Below are positions 29,709 through 40,674 of a stretch of 64,000 nucleotides of DNA, in pieces. The position numbers were made by a program, and so were the translations under genes. Below the pieces are notes generated by a model. That model searched no databases and was not told the DNA's origin. It saw only the letters and a list, made by a program, of their open reading frames with translations. Origin of the DNA: an uncultured Verrucomicrobiae bacterium (GTDB taxonomy: Bacteria > Verrucomicrobiota > Verrucomicrobiia > Limisphaerales > Palsa-1400). The number at the start of each line of letters is the position of its first letter. Position 1 is the stretch's first letter. Location: contig OY969763.1 in assembly GCA_963702845.1 (NCBI GenBank), forward strand, positions 768,001 through 832,000. The letters are read 5' to 3'.

Positions 29709-30778
29709 CGGCGGTTTTTGATGGCTTCGAGAAGGATGCGCGTCGGTTGATTGAGGTCTATTTTCAGCGCTTCATCGAGCGTCATCCATTTAAATTCTTC
29801 GGCCTCTTCGTTCAACTTCACATCGATCGGGCCTTCGACGCGGCATATGTAATTGAGCAGGACAAAATGGGCCTCACGATAAAACTCTTTGGAGTGGATG
29901 CAGTCCTGCACCAATACAAATTCGATATCGCGGACGTCGAGATTGGTTTCTTCTTTGATCTCGCGTGTGAGGGCGTCGGGCGAAGGTTCGCCGAATTTAA
30001 TTTTGCCGCCGGGAATGCCCCAAAGGTTTGACCACTTTTGCGTGCGGATCATCAGGACATTGTTTTCGCGGTCGAAAATCGCCGCGCCGACGGTGCAGAT
30101 CGGGTGTGCGATCGGTTCGGTTTCAAATCCGTGACGGCGATGGCGCAGGTCGAATTGGTTTTGCTCCAGAATTTGTTTCAGTTCGCCGAGGTGTTCGACA
30201 ATCACGTCCGGCTCGCTGGCACGGAGTTGTTCGAGGCGATTGTAACCGGTCAAAACGCCGCACGAATGGACGCCGCCGTATTTGGCGGTATCGACGTCGT
30301 GCTGCATGTCGCCAATAAAAAGCGTTTCGTTGGCGGCAAGTTGGTTTTCGTCGAGGATTTGGCGGATGACGGCACGCTTGTCCCAGACACCGAGATAGGG
30401 CTTGTCGATAAACTGCGCGAAATCGGCGACTTCGGCCTGCGTTTTGAAATACGGCGGCTGCACCGTGCTTAATATGTAAGTGCGGATTTTGTGAGCGCGG
30501 CAAAATTCGAGAAACTCGCGCGCGTGCGGGAGCGGTTCGATGTCGTGCTGGATGTCTTTGAAGTGACCGTGAAAGTGTTGTTCCAACTGCGCAATCGGCA
30601 CGTTTGGAACGAAGCGGTCATAGAAATGTTTGAACGGCAGACAGAATTCCTGGCGGAATTTGTCGCGCGACATGGTTTCCACGCCGCATTGTTCCAGGAC
30701 GTAATTGGTTGCTTTCAGGACGGCCGGTAGATCGTCCACGAGCGTTCCGGACCAGTCGAAAATGATGTTACGGATCAC
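29705..30778 (-). CDS. HAD phosphatase - Nudix hydrolase fusion
   Basis: N-terminal FDWSGTL...FIGDMQHD...GVLTG; C-terminal WGIPGGKIKFGE...REIKEETNL. Confidence 0.9.
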   Translation of the reverse strand: MIRNIIFDWSGTLVDDLPAVLKATNYVLEQCGVETMSRDKFRQEFCLPFKHFYDRFVPNVPIAQLEQHFHGHFKDIQHDIEPLPHAREFLEFCRAHKIRTYILSTVQPPYFKTQAEVADFAQFIDKPYLGVWDKRAVIRQILDENQLAANETLFIGDMQHDVDTAKYGGVHSCGVLTGYNRLEQLRASEPDVIVEHLGELKQILEQNQFDLRHRRHGFETEPIAHPICTVGAAIFDRENNVLMIRTQKWSNLWGIPGGKIKFGEPSPDALTREIKEETNLDVRDIEFVLVQDCIHSKEFYREAHFVLLNYICRVEGPIDVKLNEEAEEFKWMTLDEALKIDLNQPTRILLEAIKNRR

Positions 30779-30786
30779 AGCTTATG

Positions 30787-31995
30787 TTACTTGGGTTTTT
30801 CGTCGGTGGCAGGCTTCTTCTTGAACGCAGACCTCAGGAGCCAATGGTTTTTGAGGCCTTGCACCAGCTCGTCGGTGTGTGCAATTGCCGTATCAATATA
30901 GCCGACGATGTGGCTGTTTGACTGCACTTGCGCGTTCAAGTTGCTCGTCATGTTCGCGAGGTTGATTAACGATTTTTCAAGTTCGGTCGCCAAAACCGTC
31001 AGATTCGTGTCGGTGTTGTGCAACGTGGAGTGTGCCACCATTAAAGTCTGTTCTGCGTTGCTGACGGTGCTGGTCAGGCGATCGCGCAATTCTGTTCCCA
31101 GAATCCAGGTGCCGAGCGAGCCGTTGGGATCACGAAGATTGGAGCTGATCACGGTCAAATTCGTGATAAGAGGATGCGTGTCGGCAAGGGTTGCGTCGAG
31201 TCGAGCGACAGCGTTGCCGGCGTTCGTCAGCACGCGCGTGAGTTCGTTGGTGAGATTCAGGATGTTCGGCAAGGCAACTTCCAAACCGTTTACCAAAGTT
31301 TCCAAACGGTCGGTTAGGGCAGGGGACTCCAATGGCTCAAGCCAGTAATTCGTGGCTACATCTATATTTGTGTAATACTGGCCGGGATTTGCCGCAATCA
31401 GTTTTCGCAACTCGTTCGTGGCCTCGTAGGCAATCGCGTGGTCGCTGTAATTGGTGTAGTCGGGGCTGGCTTTGAATTTCTTTGTCAGATCCTTGAACGT
31501 GTCGTTCACGGTCGGAAAGAAAAGCACTTGGACGGGTTTATTTGTATCAATTACCGTCGGCGGCACGGTGGCTTCGACATCGTAATCTGAGGTTCCCTTC
31601 AGAACTTCCAAATAGCGATTGCCAAGAAAATCCGACGGGGCCACGCGCACCTTTGAATTGAGCCAGATATAGCCGTAGTACGGGTCCTTGACCCGAAAAT
31701 CGATGGTCACTCCGTAGTAGTCGTCGGGACGGTTCGCTTCGATACGCGTGATTTGGCCGATATCAAAACCCATCAGCTTCACCGGATCACCCACCTTTAG
31801 TCCCGCGGCATTATTGAGCGAAGTGCGGTAATTCACCTTCGTCAAAAACCAACCTTTCACTTCGGCGCGGTGATAAATGTAATATCCCAAAGCAGCGAGC
31901 AACGCGATTACCGCGATGGTGATAAACCAGCCGACCGCACGTTCGACTCGACTCAATCGGGTGCGCAGTTGCGGTGTTAAATCCTGGAGCGGCAT
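30787..31995 (-). CDS. MlaD/MCE family protein
   Basis: N-terminal TM; AAGLKVGDPVKLMGFDIGQI; DFLGNRYLEV; coiled-coil tail. Confidence 0.88.
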   Translation of the reverse strand: MPLQDLTPQLRTRLSRVERAVGWFITIAVIALLAALGYYIYHRAEVKGWFLTKVNYRTSLNNAAGLKVGDPVKLMGFDIGQITRIEANRPDDYYGVTIDFRVKDPYYGYIWLNSKVRVAPSDFLGNRYLEVLKGTSDYDVEATVPPTVIDTNKPVQVLFFPTVNDTFKDLTKKFKASPDYTNYSDHAIAYEATNELRKLIAANPGQYYTNIDVATNYWLEPLESPALTDRLETLVNGLEVALPNILNLTNELTRVLTNAGNAVARLDATLADTHPLITNLTVISSNLRDPNGSLGTWILGTELRDRLTSTVSNAEQTLMVAHSTLHNTDTNLTVLATELEKSLINLANMTSNLNAQVQSNSHIVGYIDTAIAHTDELVQGLKNHWLLRSAFKKKPATDEKPK

Positions 31996-31998
31996 CGG

Positions 31999-32748
31999 TT
32001 AAACCTCGGGAACACTGGTTTCGAGCATGGCATCTTTTAAAGCGTCACGCCCGCTGAACGCAAGCCAGCGCTTGTTCTTGAGAATTCCGAATCGCGTGCC
32101 GTGCTCGAGCCACGGTTCGTAGTTGTTCGTTCCAATAACAACTGTCGTCGGATTTTTTGCGGTTTGATTCGACAGCGTTTGCAAAAACTCGATGAGCCAA
32201 CGTTGGGCGGGAACGTCCAGCCCGGACAAGGGTTCGTCGAGCAAGAGAACCTCGGGATTCAACGCCAGCGCGCGAGCGAGGCCGATTCGTTGCCGGAGGT
32301 TGGGGCCAAGTGTGCTCGCGATGCGGGTGGCAACTTGAGTCAGGCCGGTGACGTTAAGCACGGATTCGACCTTTTTCGCAGCGTCCACGGGACCGAGATT
32401 TTCATGGTAACGGACGGCGAGCGCGACATTTTCCAGCACGGTGAAATTGGCGAACATCCTGCCGCCATGTTTGAAGACCAAACCAATACGCCGTCGCAAC
32501 TGGGCCAACTCGTGCTCGGGCACTTGCGCGATGTCGTTGCCAAAAAGCAGCACGCATCCGGCATCGGGACGTTGTAGTCCAGTGGCGGTGGAGAGCAGGT
32601 CCGTTTTGCCAGAGCCGTATCCGCCGCCGACTATCCAAAACTCGCCGGCAGCGATGGTCCAATTGACCTCGTGAACGACACTTGCGCCGCTGTGTGACGA
32701 AATAACATCAGCGTTTTGCAGTTCAATTAATGAGTTCGTTGTCGGCAT
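31999..32748 (-). CDS. ABC transporter ATP-binding protein (MlaF-like)
   Basis: GGYGSGKT, RQRIGLARALALNPEVLLLDEP. Confidence 0.88.
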   Translation of the reverse strand: MPTTNSLIELQNADVISSHSGASVVHEVNWTIAAGEFWIVGGGYGSGKTDLLSTATGLQRPDAGCVLLFGNDIAQVPEHELAQLRRRIGLVFKHGGRMFANFTVLENVALAVRYHENLGPVDAAKKVESVLNVTGLTQVATRIASTLGPNLRQRIGLARALALNPEVLLLDEPLSGLDVPAQRWLIEFLQTLSNQTAKNPTTVVIGTNNYEPWLEHGTRFGILKNKRWLAFSGRDALKDAMLETSVPEV

Positions 32749-33596
32749 CAGATTACGAGGTAAATGACGATGAACAACGCGTCGAGCAGAACGATGGCGA
32801 CAACGCACTTTGCCACCGCGCCGTTAGTCGCGCTCGAGACATCTTCTAGACGCAATGGTTGCGCCAGTCCTTCATAGGAGGTGACCACTGCAATCAGAAT
32901 TCCGAACCAGAGAGTCTTGAGTGCGAGCAAGACGAAGTCCTGCCAGATCAAACCACCGGCCAGTTGTTGCACGTATTGAGCGGGCGTTAGCGGCACATCT
33001 TGTAAAAATGCGAAGAGATAGCCGCTCATCAAAGTGATCAGGATTAAATAGACGGTCAGCGCAAAGACCGATAAGGCCAACCCGATGACGCGCGGAACAA
33101 CGAGGTAATGAATTGGATCAATGACCAAAGCCTCAAGCGCCTCAACTTCGTTTTGTGCGCGAGCGGTTCCGAGTTCCACGACGTTTGCTGTTCCCGAACG
33201 CGCCAGCACCAAAAGGGCCGCCAGCATGGGGCCGAGTTCGCGCACGACAACTGTATCCATCACCGTGCCGATATAATTTTCCGCACCGAACCGGGTCATC
33301 AGAAACACCGTTTGTCCGACGACCACCAGGCCAAGTGCGCACGCTAGAAAGCTGACCATTGGAAGGATTCCCAGGCCGGCTTTGGCAATTTGCGCGCGAA
33401 TCATCGGATGAATCACGTTGCGTGACCGGTCGAACTTCATAACCGTTACGCCCAGTGTAATAAGGAGAAATGCAACTAGGCCGTGGACCGTGCGAAAACC
33501 ACTGAGCAACTTGCGCCCGGCGATATCGACCATTGCGCCCGGTGAGAAATGGAAGCCTGGCGCAGCCGGCAAGTTCGCTGGTGGCGTTTGGCTCAT
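32748..33596 (-). CDS. MlaE family ABC permease
   Basis: VRELGPMLAALLVLARSG, ELG...EVEALE...IDPIHYLVVPR. Confidence 0.9.
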   Translation of the reverse strand: MSQTPPANLPAAPGFHFSPGAMVDIAGRKLLSGFRTVHGLVAFLLITLGVTVMKFDRSRNVIHPMIRAQIAKAGLGILPMVSFLACALGLVVVGQTVFLMTRFGAENYIGTVMDTVVVRELGPMLAALLVLARSGTANVVELGTARAQNEVEALEALVIDPIHYLVVPRVIGLALSVFALTVYLILITLMSGYLFAFLQDVPLTPAQYVQQLAGGLIWQDFVLLALKTLWFGILIAVVTSYEGLAQPLRLEDVSSATNGAVAKCVVAIVLLDALFIVIYLVI

Positions 33597-33719
33597 TGGC
33601 GCGATGTTGTAACAGATGCCGCGCGGCGGCAAGAGGGTTTGGACCGGTTGATTGGTAATCCGCATTGCGGAATGCGCGTGGTTGGCATAAGCTGCGCGCT
33701 CGTTTTTCTCAGAAATAAT

Positions 33720-34619
33720 ATGAGTATTCTTGTTGTTGGTTCGACCGCTCTGGATTCCATCCGCACGCCTAACGCGAAAAATCCGCGTTTGCTCGGTGGT
33801 TCTGCCAGTCATGCCGCCGTCGCGGCCAGTTTCTTCGCTCCGGTAAAGTTGGTGGGAATCGTTGGTGAAGATTTCCCGAAGCGCTACGTGTCGCTCTATA
33901 AGAAACACAAGATTGACCTCGAAGGTTTGCAGATCGCCGCCGGCAAAACGTTTCATTGGGCCGGCGAATACGAAGTGAACATGAACAACCGCCGCACGCT
34001 CGAAACTGAGCTCGGCGTTTTCGAAACGTTCACCCCGCGATTGCCCCAGAATTATCGGCAAAGCCAATTCGTGTTGCTCGCCAACATCGCGCCCTCGCTC
34101 CAGCACCATGTCTTGGACCAGATGAGCCGGCCGAAGCTGGTCGTCGCCGACACGATGGATCTATGGCTCAATATTGCGTTGCCCGACTTGTTGAAATTGC
34201 TGCGACGTGTCGATGGCTTCGTTCTCAATGAATCGGAAGCGCAACAGCTCACTCAGGAACACAACCTCGTCAAAGCCGCGCGCAAAATCCACAAGCTCGG
34301 ACCTAAATACGTTATCGTCAAAAAGGGCGAGCATGGCGCGATTCTTTCGGTCAATGGAACGTTGTTTGTCGCGCCGGCTTTTCCGCTGGAGCATGTGGTG
34401 GACCCCACTGGCGCCGGCGACTCGTTCGTCGGAGGCATGATGGGTTATCTCTCGACAGCGCGCGGCAGCGTTGATTCCAATCTGCGCCGCGCGATGATTC
34501 ACGGCAGTGTCGTGGCATCGTTCTGCTGCGAAGGATTCGGATTGATGGCGACCACCCGTGTGACCAAAGACAGGATTCAGAAGCGCGTAGCGGAGTTGGA
34601 AAAGCTGGTTCGATTCTAA
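33720..34619 (+). CDS. PfkB family carbohydrate/nucleoside kinase
   Basis: LGGSA, VKKGEHGA, VDPTGAGDSFVGG. Confidence 0.92.
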   Translation: MSILVVGSTALDSIRTPNAKNPRLLGGSASHAAVAASFFAPVKLVGIVGEDFPKRYVSLYKKHKIDLEGLQIAAGKTFHWAGEYEVNMNNRRTLETELGVFETFTPRLPQNYRQSQFVLLANIAPSLQHHVLDQMSRPKLVVADTMDLWLNIALPDLLKLLRRVDGFVLNESEAQQLTQEHNLVKAARKIHKLGPKYVIVKKGEHGAILSVNGTLFVAPAFPLEHVVDPTGAGDSFVGGMMGYLSTARGSVDSNLRRAMIHGSVVASFCCEGFGLMATTRVTKDRIQKRVAELEKLVRF

Positions 34620-34733
34620 CTACTGAACTGAACTGAACAACGCAGCGCAGATGACAGGCGCGCAACTGACTTTGTCTTTATAGGATGTTGGATAACCCGA
34701 AGCGCCAGTTAGCTCGATCTGGCTGGTTCGGCT

Positions 34734-35540
34734 TCACAGTTTCTCCCGATGCGGTTGGTGATCCCGATTCCAGCGGCGTAAGGCGTCGTCGCTGCTGTCT
34801 TCAAAAAGATATTGCAACGTCGGTGATTCAACGTGGCCATCGCAAAACACTACATCGGCTTTGCTTTGGTGGCGTGCAAACGTATTCCCTTCATTGTGAT
34901 GTTTTACATCAGATCAACTCGCCCGATCAATTACTGGGTTGCCGGTAAAGCCATCACCGATCGCAATCATGTCACCTGGATCAACTATTCCCGATTCGCC
35001 GACGGGAGGTGCAAGCGGGCCGTTTGCTGTAGCAGTTGTGCCGCCTAGGCCCAGCGCGCTATATTTTCCGGGGGAACTTAAGCCGACAAAGTTGTAGCCG
35101 TAAGAAAACCATGTCCTCAATGTATTTGGCGCAGGGTCGTTATTATACCAGCGGGCTGAAGGGCAGTTCCATACGCCATTTGTAAAAAAGGGCGTTTTAG
35201 ATTTTGGAACACCCAATTCTTCATAACTTAATGCTTCAGCCCAAGACCTGTAATGCTCCGAATACCCACTCCTTGAAATGTCTACATTTACGTACAAAGG
35301 GTAAAGATGGTTTTCTTGCACAAATCCATGCAAAGCGAGACCTAACTGCCGCACATTGTTGACGCATTGAATTTGCTGCGCTTTGCCTTTTGCTCGAGAG
35401 AACACGGCGAGTAATAGCGCTGCCAAAATCCCAATTATGGCAATAACGACTAAAAGTTCAATGAGCGTGAAGGCGGCACTACTCTGAAATTCTGGCCTTT
35501 GCTTTGTACCGGGTGATTGATGATCGGTAACCTTCGACAT
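34734..35540 (-). pseudogene. Prepilin-type N-terminal / H-X9-DG protein with one in-frame TGA
   Basis: [17 protein letters not shown] at 34914-34916; the same frame continues RHQSKADVVFCDGHVE...RRWNRDHQPH to a stop at 34734. Confidence 0.8.
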
Positions 35541-35717
35541 CTTTATCGCCTTCGCCCTAAAATTGCGCTGTCACCACTTCGATGTCAACGGGCTTCGAAC
35601 ATTCGTCGGCTTGTTCTGGGCCTTTGCCAGTTCACACCCTTCTCGCTCGGGCGATTGTTTATGTGCCGCCGCATGCGGTCAACGGAGCGGGACGAAACCA
35701 GCAGCGTCGCGAACTGA

Positions 35718-35754
35718 ACTGATAGGAAATTGCTTTTTGACGCTGGCGCGGTTA
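35718..35754 (+). repeat. 38-bp junction repeat, copy 1 (37 bp match)
   Basis: ACTGATAGGAAATTGCTTTTTGACGCTGGCGCGGTTA, preceded by ACTGA. Confidence 0.95.
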
Positions 35755-35755
35755 G

Positions 35756-36436
<681 letters not shown>

Positions 36437-36442
36437 ACTCCA

Positions 36443-39172
36443 TCAACGTAAATAAATCGCGCCGGTATTTGTCTTGCCCGTCCCGTCGTTGTTGCCAATA
36501 AAGGCGCCATACGCTGCGTTGCTGCTTTGCAAAACAACACCAACACCATTTCTAAGCCCTTTGATATTTGTCGGCTTGAAGTGGACGTTGAACAAACCCG
36601 TCGCTGTTATGACCGAACCTTGTAACGCGTTTGTCGGAGTATTCGACGTCTTCTGGAGGAGGTTATTGCCGCTGAACTGCGCATTGTAGGTCAATGGCAG
36701 ATTTAAACCCGAACCATCCGTGATCTGTAGCGTGCCCACGGCAACGGTCATCGCTGGCATGCTCGGCGCGTAAACTGAGCCGAAGACAGCAACAGTGTTC
36801 GTAAATCCGCCGAGATAGGTGGTCAAAGCAACGCCGCTCGGGTTCGCCGGTTTGATCCAGGTAAGTTGACCGGCGGGCGCGCCGCTGCTGAAATCGAGCC
36901 AGCCTTCTAACAGTCCCTGATGGTTATACAGGTCTACATACACCGGCCAGCGTCCGTCTTTCGAAATCGGCACCGTTTGGTTGATCGCACCCGACTCGGC
37001 GAGGGCTCCCGACAACGTCACCTTGCCAAGCGCATTGATGGACACCAGACCATAGCCGAAGCCACCCGGGGAACTTGCGGGCGCGTCGGCTGCTGGCGCA
37101 ATCGCCATCGTGTAACGAGCGAGTGCGTGTTGATTGTTTATATTGTAAATTCCGAAGTCGGCTAGCAATGGCGCGGACCATCCTTCGCTCGGACATGACA
37201 CCGTGCCGGTGATTTGTTTCGTTGCACCGGTCCAGTCCAAATACATAGCAACGTTCACAGGTGGTAAAACAACACCGCGTGCGATAGAAACTGTGCTGTT
37301 GCCCAAGGGATCAAACTGACCCTTCAATGGATATTTTGCGCCCGCTAAAAACAATCCGCCCGAATAAGTGCGGTTGAGTTGCACATTCAAATTGAACACG
37401 CCGCCCGCGCTTTGTTCTTTGATTAGCGGTTCACCCATTCCATTCGTCTCATAAAATAATCCGTTGCAGGTTCCCACGACGTCGGCAGAGTTGCCGAAGA
37501 AGAACATCCGGGTTGAAATGAGCGACGCGTCTCCAATATAGTCGAACGCCTGCACACTGAACGTATTCCAACCGGGCTGCAATGTGATCGGCGCGGTCCA
37601 TGTTATAAAGTTTTGTCCCAGTGGGGTCGTAACGCCATGTTGATCGCCGCCATTGAGTGAGTACAAAACCAATCCATCATTGCCCACGTTTGGATTCTGA
37701 TTGATATGGGCCGTCCCGGAAACAGTAATTGCCGGTGAGTTAAATACTTTGTTAGGCAGCGGTCCAACGATCGCGACACTGGGACGGTAGACGCCTGCGG
37801 GAGGACGGTATGGATTAACAACCACACTGTAAGTAGCAGTTCCGGTACAACCATTGGCATCCGTCGCAGTTACGGTGAATAAGTTGGTGCCGAGCGCGCA
37901 AGGAATACCGGTCCATGTCCCGTTACCGTGGAGCGTCAAGCCTGCGGGGATCGAACCGGCAGTCACTGAGAATGTATACGGCGGGACTCCGCTGCTGGCG
38001 CTAAGGTCGGCTGTCGGGTAAACTTCAGCCGTAGCATCACCGCCACCACACACTAAAACACTGCCATCATGAAGGAGCACTTGTCGGTGAAAACTGCGGG
38101 CGAAGGTCATAGGGCCAGTCGGTCGCCAGTTGTTCGATTCAGGATCGTAAAGTTCGGCGGTGTTGCGTTGGAATTGCCAGGCCCCGCCTGAAACCAGGAC
38201 CTTTCCACTGGGCAACAAGGTCGCTTGATGATCGACGTGTGTCCCAACCATCGGTCCAGTTTCTGTCCATGTGTCAGTGGTCGAGTCATAGACTTCCGCT
38301 CCGCCACCAGTGGCTAAAACTTTTCCATTCGGCAACAAGTTCAGTATTTGAAACAAAGCACCGGGCGTAGCGACTTCTGCGCGGGTTCGAGCTATAGGAT
38401 CATACATGTCTGCGAACGTTGGGCTCCATCGGCCACCTGCGAAAAAAACGTTTCCATTAGGCATTAACACCGCGCCGATGTCCCGCTGAGGACGGGTCAA
38501 GGAGCTCCAGAACTGCCACGTACCTGAGGATGGATCGTATACCTGTATGTCGGAAATCGGGAAATAGCCGGAATGTGGCGGCACGCCATTGAACACTTCA
38601 CCCCCTGCCACCATCACTCTTCCGTCTGATAGCAAGGTCGCCGCCGAAAAGGCGCAGCCTTCAATCAATGGATTAGTTGGCGTCCAACTGCCCGTCGCCG
38701 GATCAAAAAGTTCTGCGCTCGCCAGGTAGTGATCGTGCTCGTTGTTAGCGTCTAAATTGAAACCGCCCGCAACGAGGACTTTTCCATCCTGAAGCAATGT
38801 CGCGGTGTGATGAGCTCGTTTGGCAGACATTGGAGCAGTGGAACGCCATGTGCCGGTCGCCGGGTCATAGATCTCTGCACTAGACACGTAACGATCGACA
38901 ACGGGTATCGGCTGAACGTTGGAATATCCGCCCGTGACGAGAACCCTGCCATCGTTCAAGACAGTCGCAGTATGATTCACGCGGGGAATAGTCATTGAGC
39001 CAGTGACATTCCAAGCAGGGGTGGATTCACCCAAATTGTCACTGGGCAAAGTCGCCGGACTGATTGTGATCGTTGGACAGGCGTCCGCGTAAGACAACTC
39101 AGGAGCGCCGAGCGCAATGAGTAAAAGAGCAACCGCTGATCGCGTAGCGGTACCGAGAATGTTAGAATTCAT
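36443..39172 (-). CDS. Secreted Kelch/galactose-oxidase-like beta-propeller protein with Ig-like domains and conserved C-terminal region
   Basis: Repeats of R..HTATLL.DG.VLV.GG...AE.YDP.TGTW; He_PIG-like PYTFSVTAGSIPAGLTL. Confidence 0.85.
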   Translation of the reverse strand: MNSNILGTATRSAVALLLIALGAPELSYADACPTITISPATLPSDNLGESTPAWNVTGSMTIPRVNHTATVLNDGRVLVTGGYSNVQPIPVVDRYVSSAEIYDPATGTWRSTAPMSAKRAHHTATLLQDGKVLVAGGFNLDANNEHDHYLASAELFDPATGSWTPTNPLIEGCAFSAATLLSDGRVMVAGGEVFNGVPPHSGYFPISDIQVYDPSSGTWQFWSSLTRPQRDIGAVLMPNGNVFFAGGRWSPTFADMYDPIARTRAEVATPGALFQILNLLPNGKVLATGGGAEVYDSTTDTWTETGPMVGTHVDHQATLLPSGKVLVSGGAWQFQRNTAELYDPESNNWRPTGPMTFARSFHRQVLLHDGSVLVCGGGDATAEVYPTADLSASSGVPPYTFSVTAGSIPAGLTLHGNGTWTGIPCALGTNLFTVTATDANGCTGTATYSVVVNPYRPPAGVYRPSVAIVGPLPNKVFNSPAITVSGTAHINQNPNVGNDGLVLYSLNGGDQHGVTTPLGQNFITWTAPITLQPGWNTFSVQAFDYIGDASLISTRMFFFGNSADVVGTCNGLFYETNGMGEPLIKEQSAGGVFNLNVQLNRTYSGGLFLAGAKYPLKGQFDPLGNSTVSIARGVVLPPVNVAMYLDWTGATKQITGTVSCPSEGWSAPLLADFGIYNINNQHALARYTMAIAPAADAPASSPGGFGYGLVSINALGKVTLSGALAESGAINQTVPISKDGRWPVYVDLYNHQGLLEGWLDFSSGAPAGQLTWIKPANPSGVALTTYLGGFTNTVAVFGSVYAPSMPAMTVAVGTLQITDGSGLNLPLTYNAQFSGNNLLQKTSNTPTNALQGSVITATGLFNVHFKPTNIKGLRNGVGVVLQSSNAAYGAFIGNNDGTGKTNTGAIYLR

Positions 39173-39347
39173 AAGGAAAGCGATAAACGTACCGAAGCGT
39201 TGATTTGCATGACCCGTCCGACAAGATTCCCAACCCGTTCGTCATACGGCCGAGAGTCCACCTGCTGAAAAGTAATGTCAAGCATATGCGAGTGTGCAAT
39301 GTGGAAAAACAGGTGGGTCCGAAAAGATCGTAGGATATCGGCCGAAA

Positions 39348-39560
39348 CTATTCTGAAACCATGAGCCGGTAACCGATTCCAGCTTCGGTCATGAACATTT
39401 TTGGATGCGTTGGGTCCTCTTCCAGTTTGTCCCGCAGATGACCGAGGTAGACTCGCAAGTAATGCGTTTGCGTGACGTAATTGGGCCCCCACACCTCGCG
39501 CAGAATCTGCTGATGCGTCAACACCTTGCCGGCGTGCTGCACAAATAGTCGCAATAGCGA
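39348..39560 (-). pseudogene. kdpE: 3' fragment of KdpE-type response regulator (winged helix only)
   Basis: SLLRLFVQHAGKVLTHQQILREVWGP...THYLRVYLGHLRDKLEEDP...TEAGIGYRL; cut exactly at the ACTGAT stutter. Confidence 0.85.
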
Positions 39561-39575
39561 ACTGATACTGATAGG

Positions 39576-39613
39576 ACTGATAGGAAATTGCTTTTTGACG
39601 CTGGCGCGGTTAA
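39576..39613 (+). repeat. 38-bp junction repeat, copy 2
   Basis: Exact copy preceded by ACTGAT and ACTGATAGG. Confidence 0.95.
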
Positions 39614-39617
39614 GGCG

Positions 39618-40037
39618 TCACTTAGAATCCTCCAGTCGCCTCGCCCGCAATGTCTCGTCATCATGGTTGACGCTGGCTACCAACAGAAAGGGGCTGCGAC
39701 GACCTACAACACGGAATTCGAAACCAAAATTCTGGCCCGTGAATTTTACAAGAAATGCAGAATTGGAAGGAGAAAGCTGCCATGTGCCGGTGCCGGAAAC
39801 TTCTCCGATCGCACCGGAAGACGGCGACACGGGGAAATGCGCGACCATGAAGGTGTGGTCACCATTTAATCGGAGGTATTCCGTCGGCGGGCGAGTGTGG
39901 TGTACTGCGGGCACCCAAGTCCCAGCTAACGTTGATATGTCTGGCTGTTTGTCGGGATCAGCGTAGAGCAGGTGTCTCAAGACGGCGATCGCGAGCAGCG
40001 TAGCGCCAAAGATCAGAATCCTAACGTGCATTTTCAT
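39618..40037 (-). CDS. Hypothetical exported/membrane-anchored protein (cassette-like)
   Basis: N-terminal hydrophobic helix; LAGTW...L.LNGDHTF...GTW; GTTAGGC 21 bp before the start. Confidence 0.65.
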   Translation of the reverse strand: MKMHVRILIFGATLLAIAVLRHLLYADPDKQPDISTLAGTWVPAVHHTRPPTEYLRLNGDHTFMVAHFPVSPSSGAIGEVSGTGTWQLSPSNSAFLVKFTGQNFGFEFRVVGRRSPFLLVASVNHDDETLRARRLEDSK

Positions 40038-40421
40038 AATGGGTTCTATTTGATCGGCGCCTAACAGTTAATACACGACAACTGTTCGCAGATTTTTAAT
40101 AGGCGAACAAGGGTTTTTGAGGTTCAAGATTCAGATTTCCGACCTTGGAATCACCGAGAGCGGACGGCTGCGGCGTAGGAGCGTTGCGACAGCATCGCGA
40201 CGGAGCCGCTGCCGGACGCGGACGTCGTAAGCGTGCAGCACGGAAAAATGAGCAAAGTTCGCGTGGTTTCGCATAGGTTCGCTTTGCTTCTGTAGATGTG
40301 AATGCTGCGGTTTGCGAAACTGCGTGCGTGCCAGTCAATACGACGCATCCTGATTACGCCGCGAACCAAGCTGCATGGCTTCGCGCTCGCGATGTTTTGG
40401 CTGGCGAAGAACTGAACTGAT

Positions 40422-40459
40422 ACTGATAGGAAATTGCTTTTTGACGCTGGCGCGGTTAA
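40422..40459 (+). repeat. 38-bp junction repeat, copy 3
   Basis: Exact copy preceded by ACTGA and ACTGAT. Confidence 0.95.
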
Positions 40460-40674
40460 TTCGAAAGTTTCCCCGCTTTCCTGACGCGAAGCGGACTGAA
40501 GTCCGCGCTCCTTTGGTTCGAACGTTTTAAGCGCTGATCGGATGCGTAAATCTCTGAGCCGGACGTGCGCCTGATGCTCATTGCAAAAAACAGTGGTGGC
40601 TCGAGGGTTTCCTCGTTGGTGAGTTTGCCGCCCGGCAAGGGGCGACCAGACCACGCACGAAAGGATAACGGGCC

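Noticed and set aside
34914..34916. Selenocysteine or programmed readthrough at the TGA
   Set aside because: No redox motif context and no evident SECIS; a nonsense mutation is simpler.
40096..40654. Minus-strand ORFs containing LTAPASKSNFLSV
   Set aside because: This peptide is just the translated 38-bp repeat; it recurs at 35585 and 42827 in unrelated frames.
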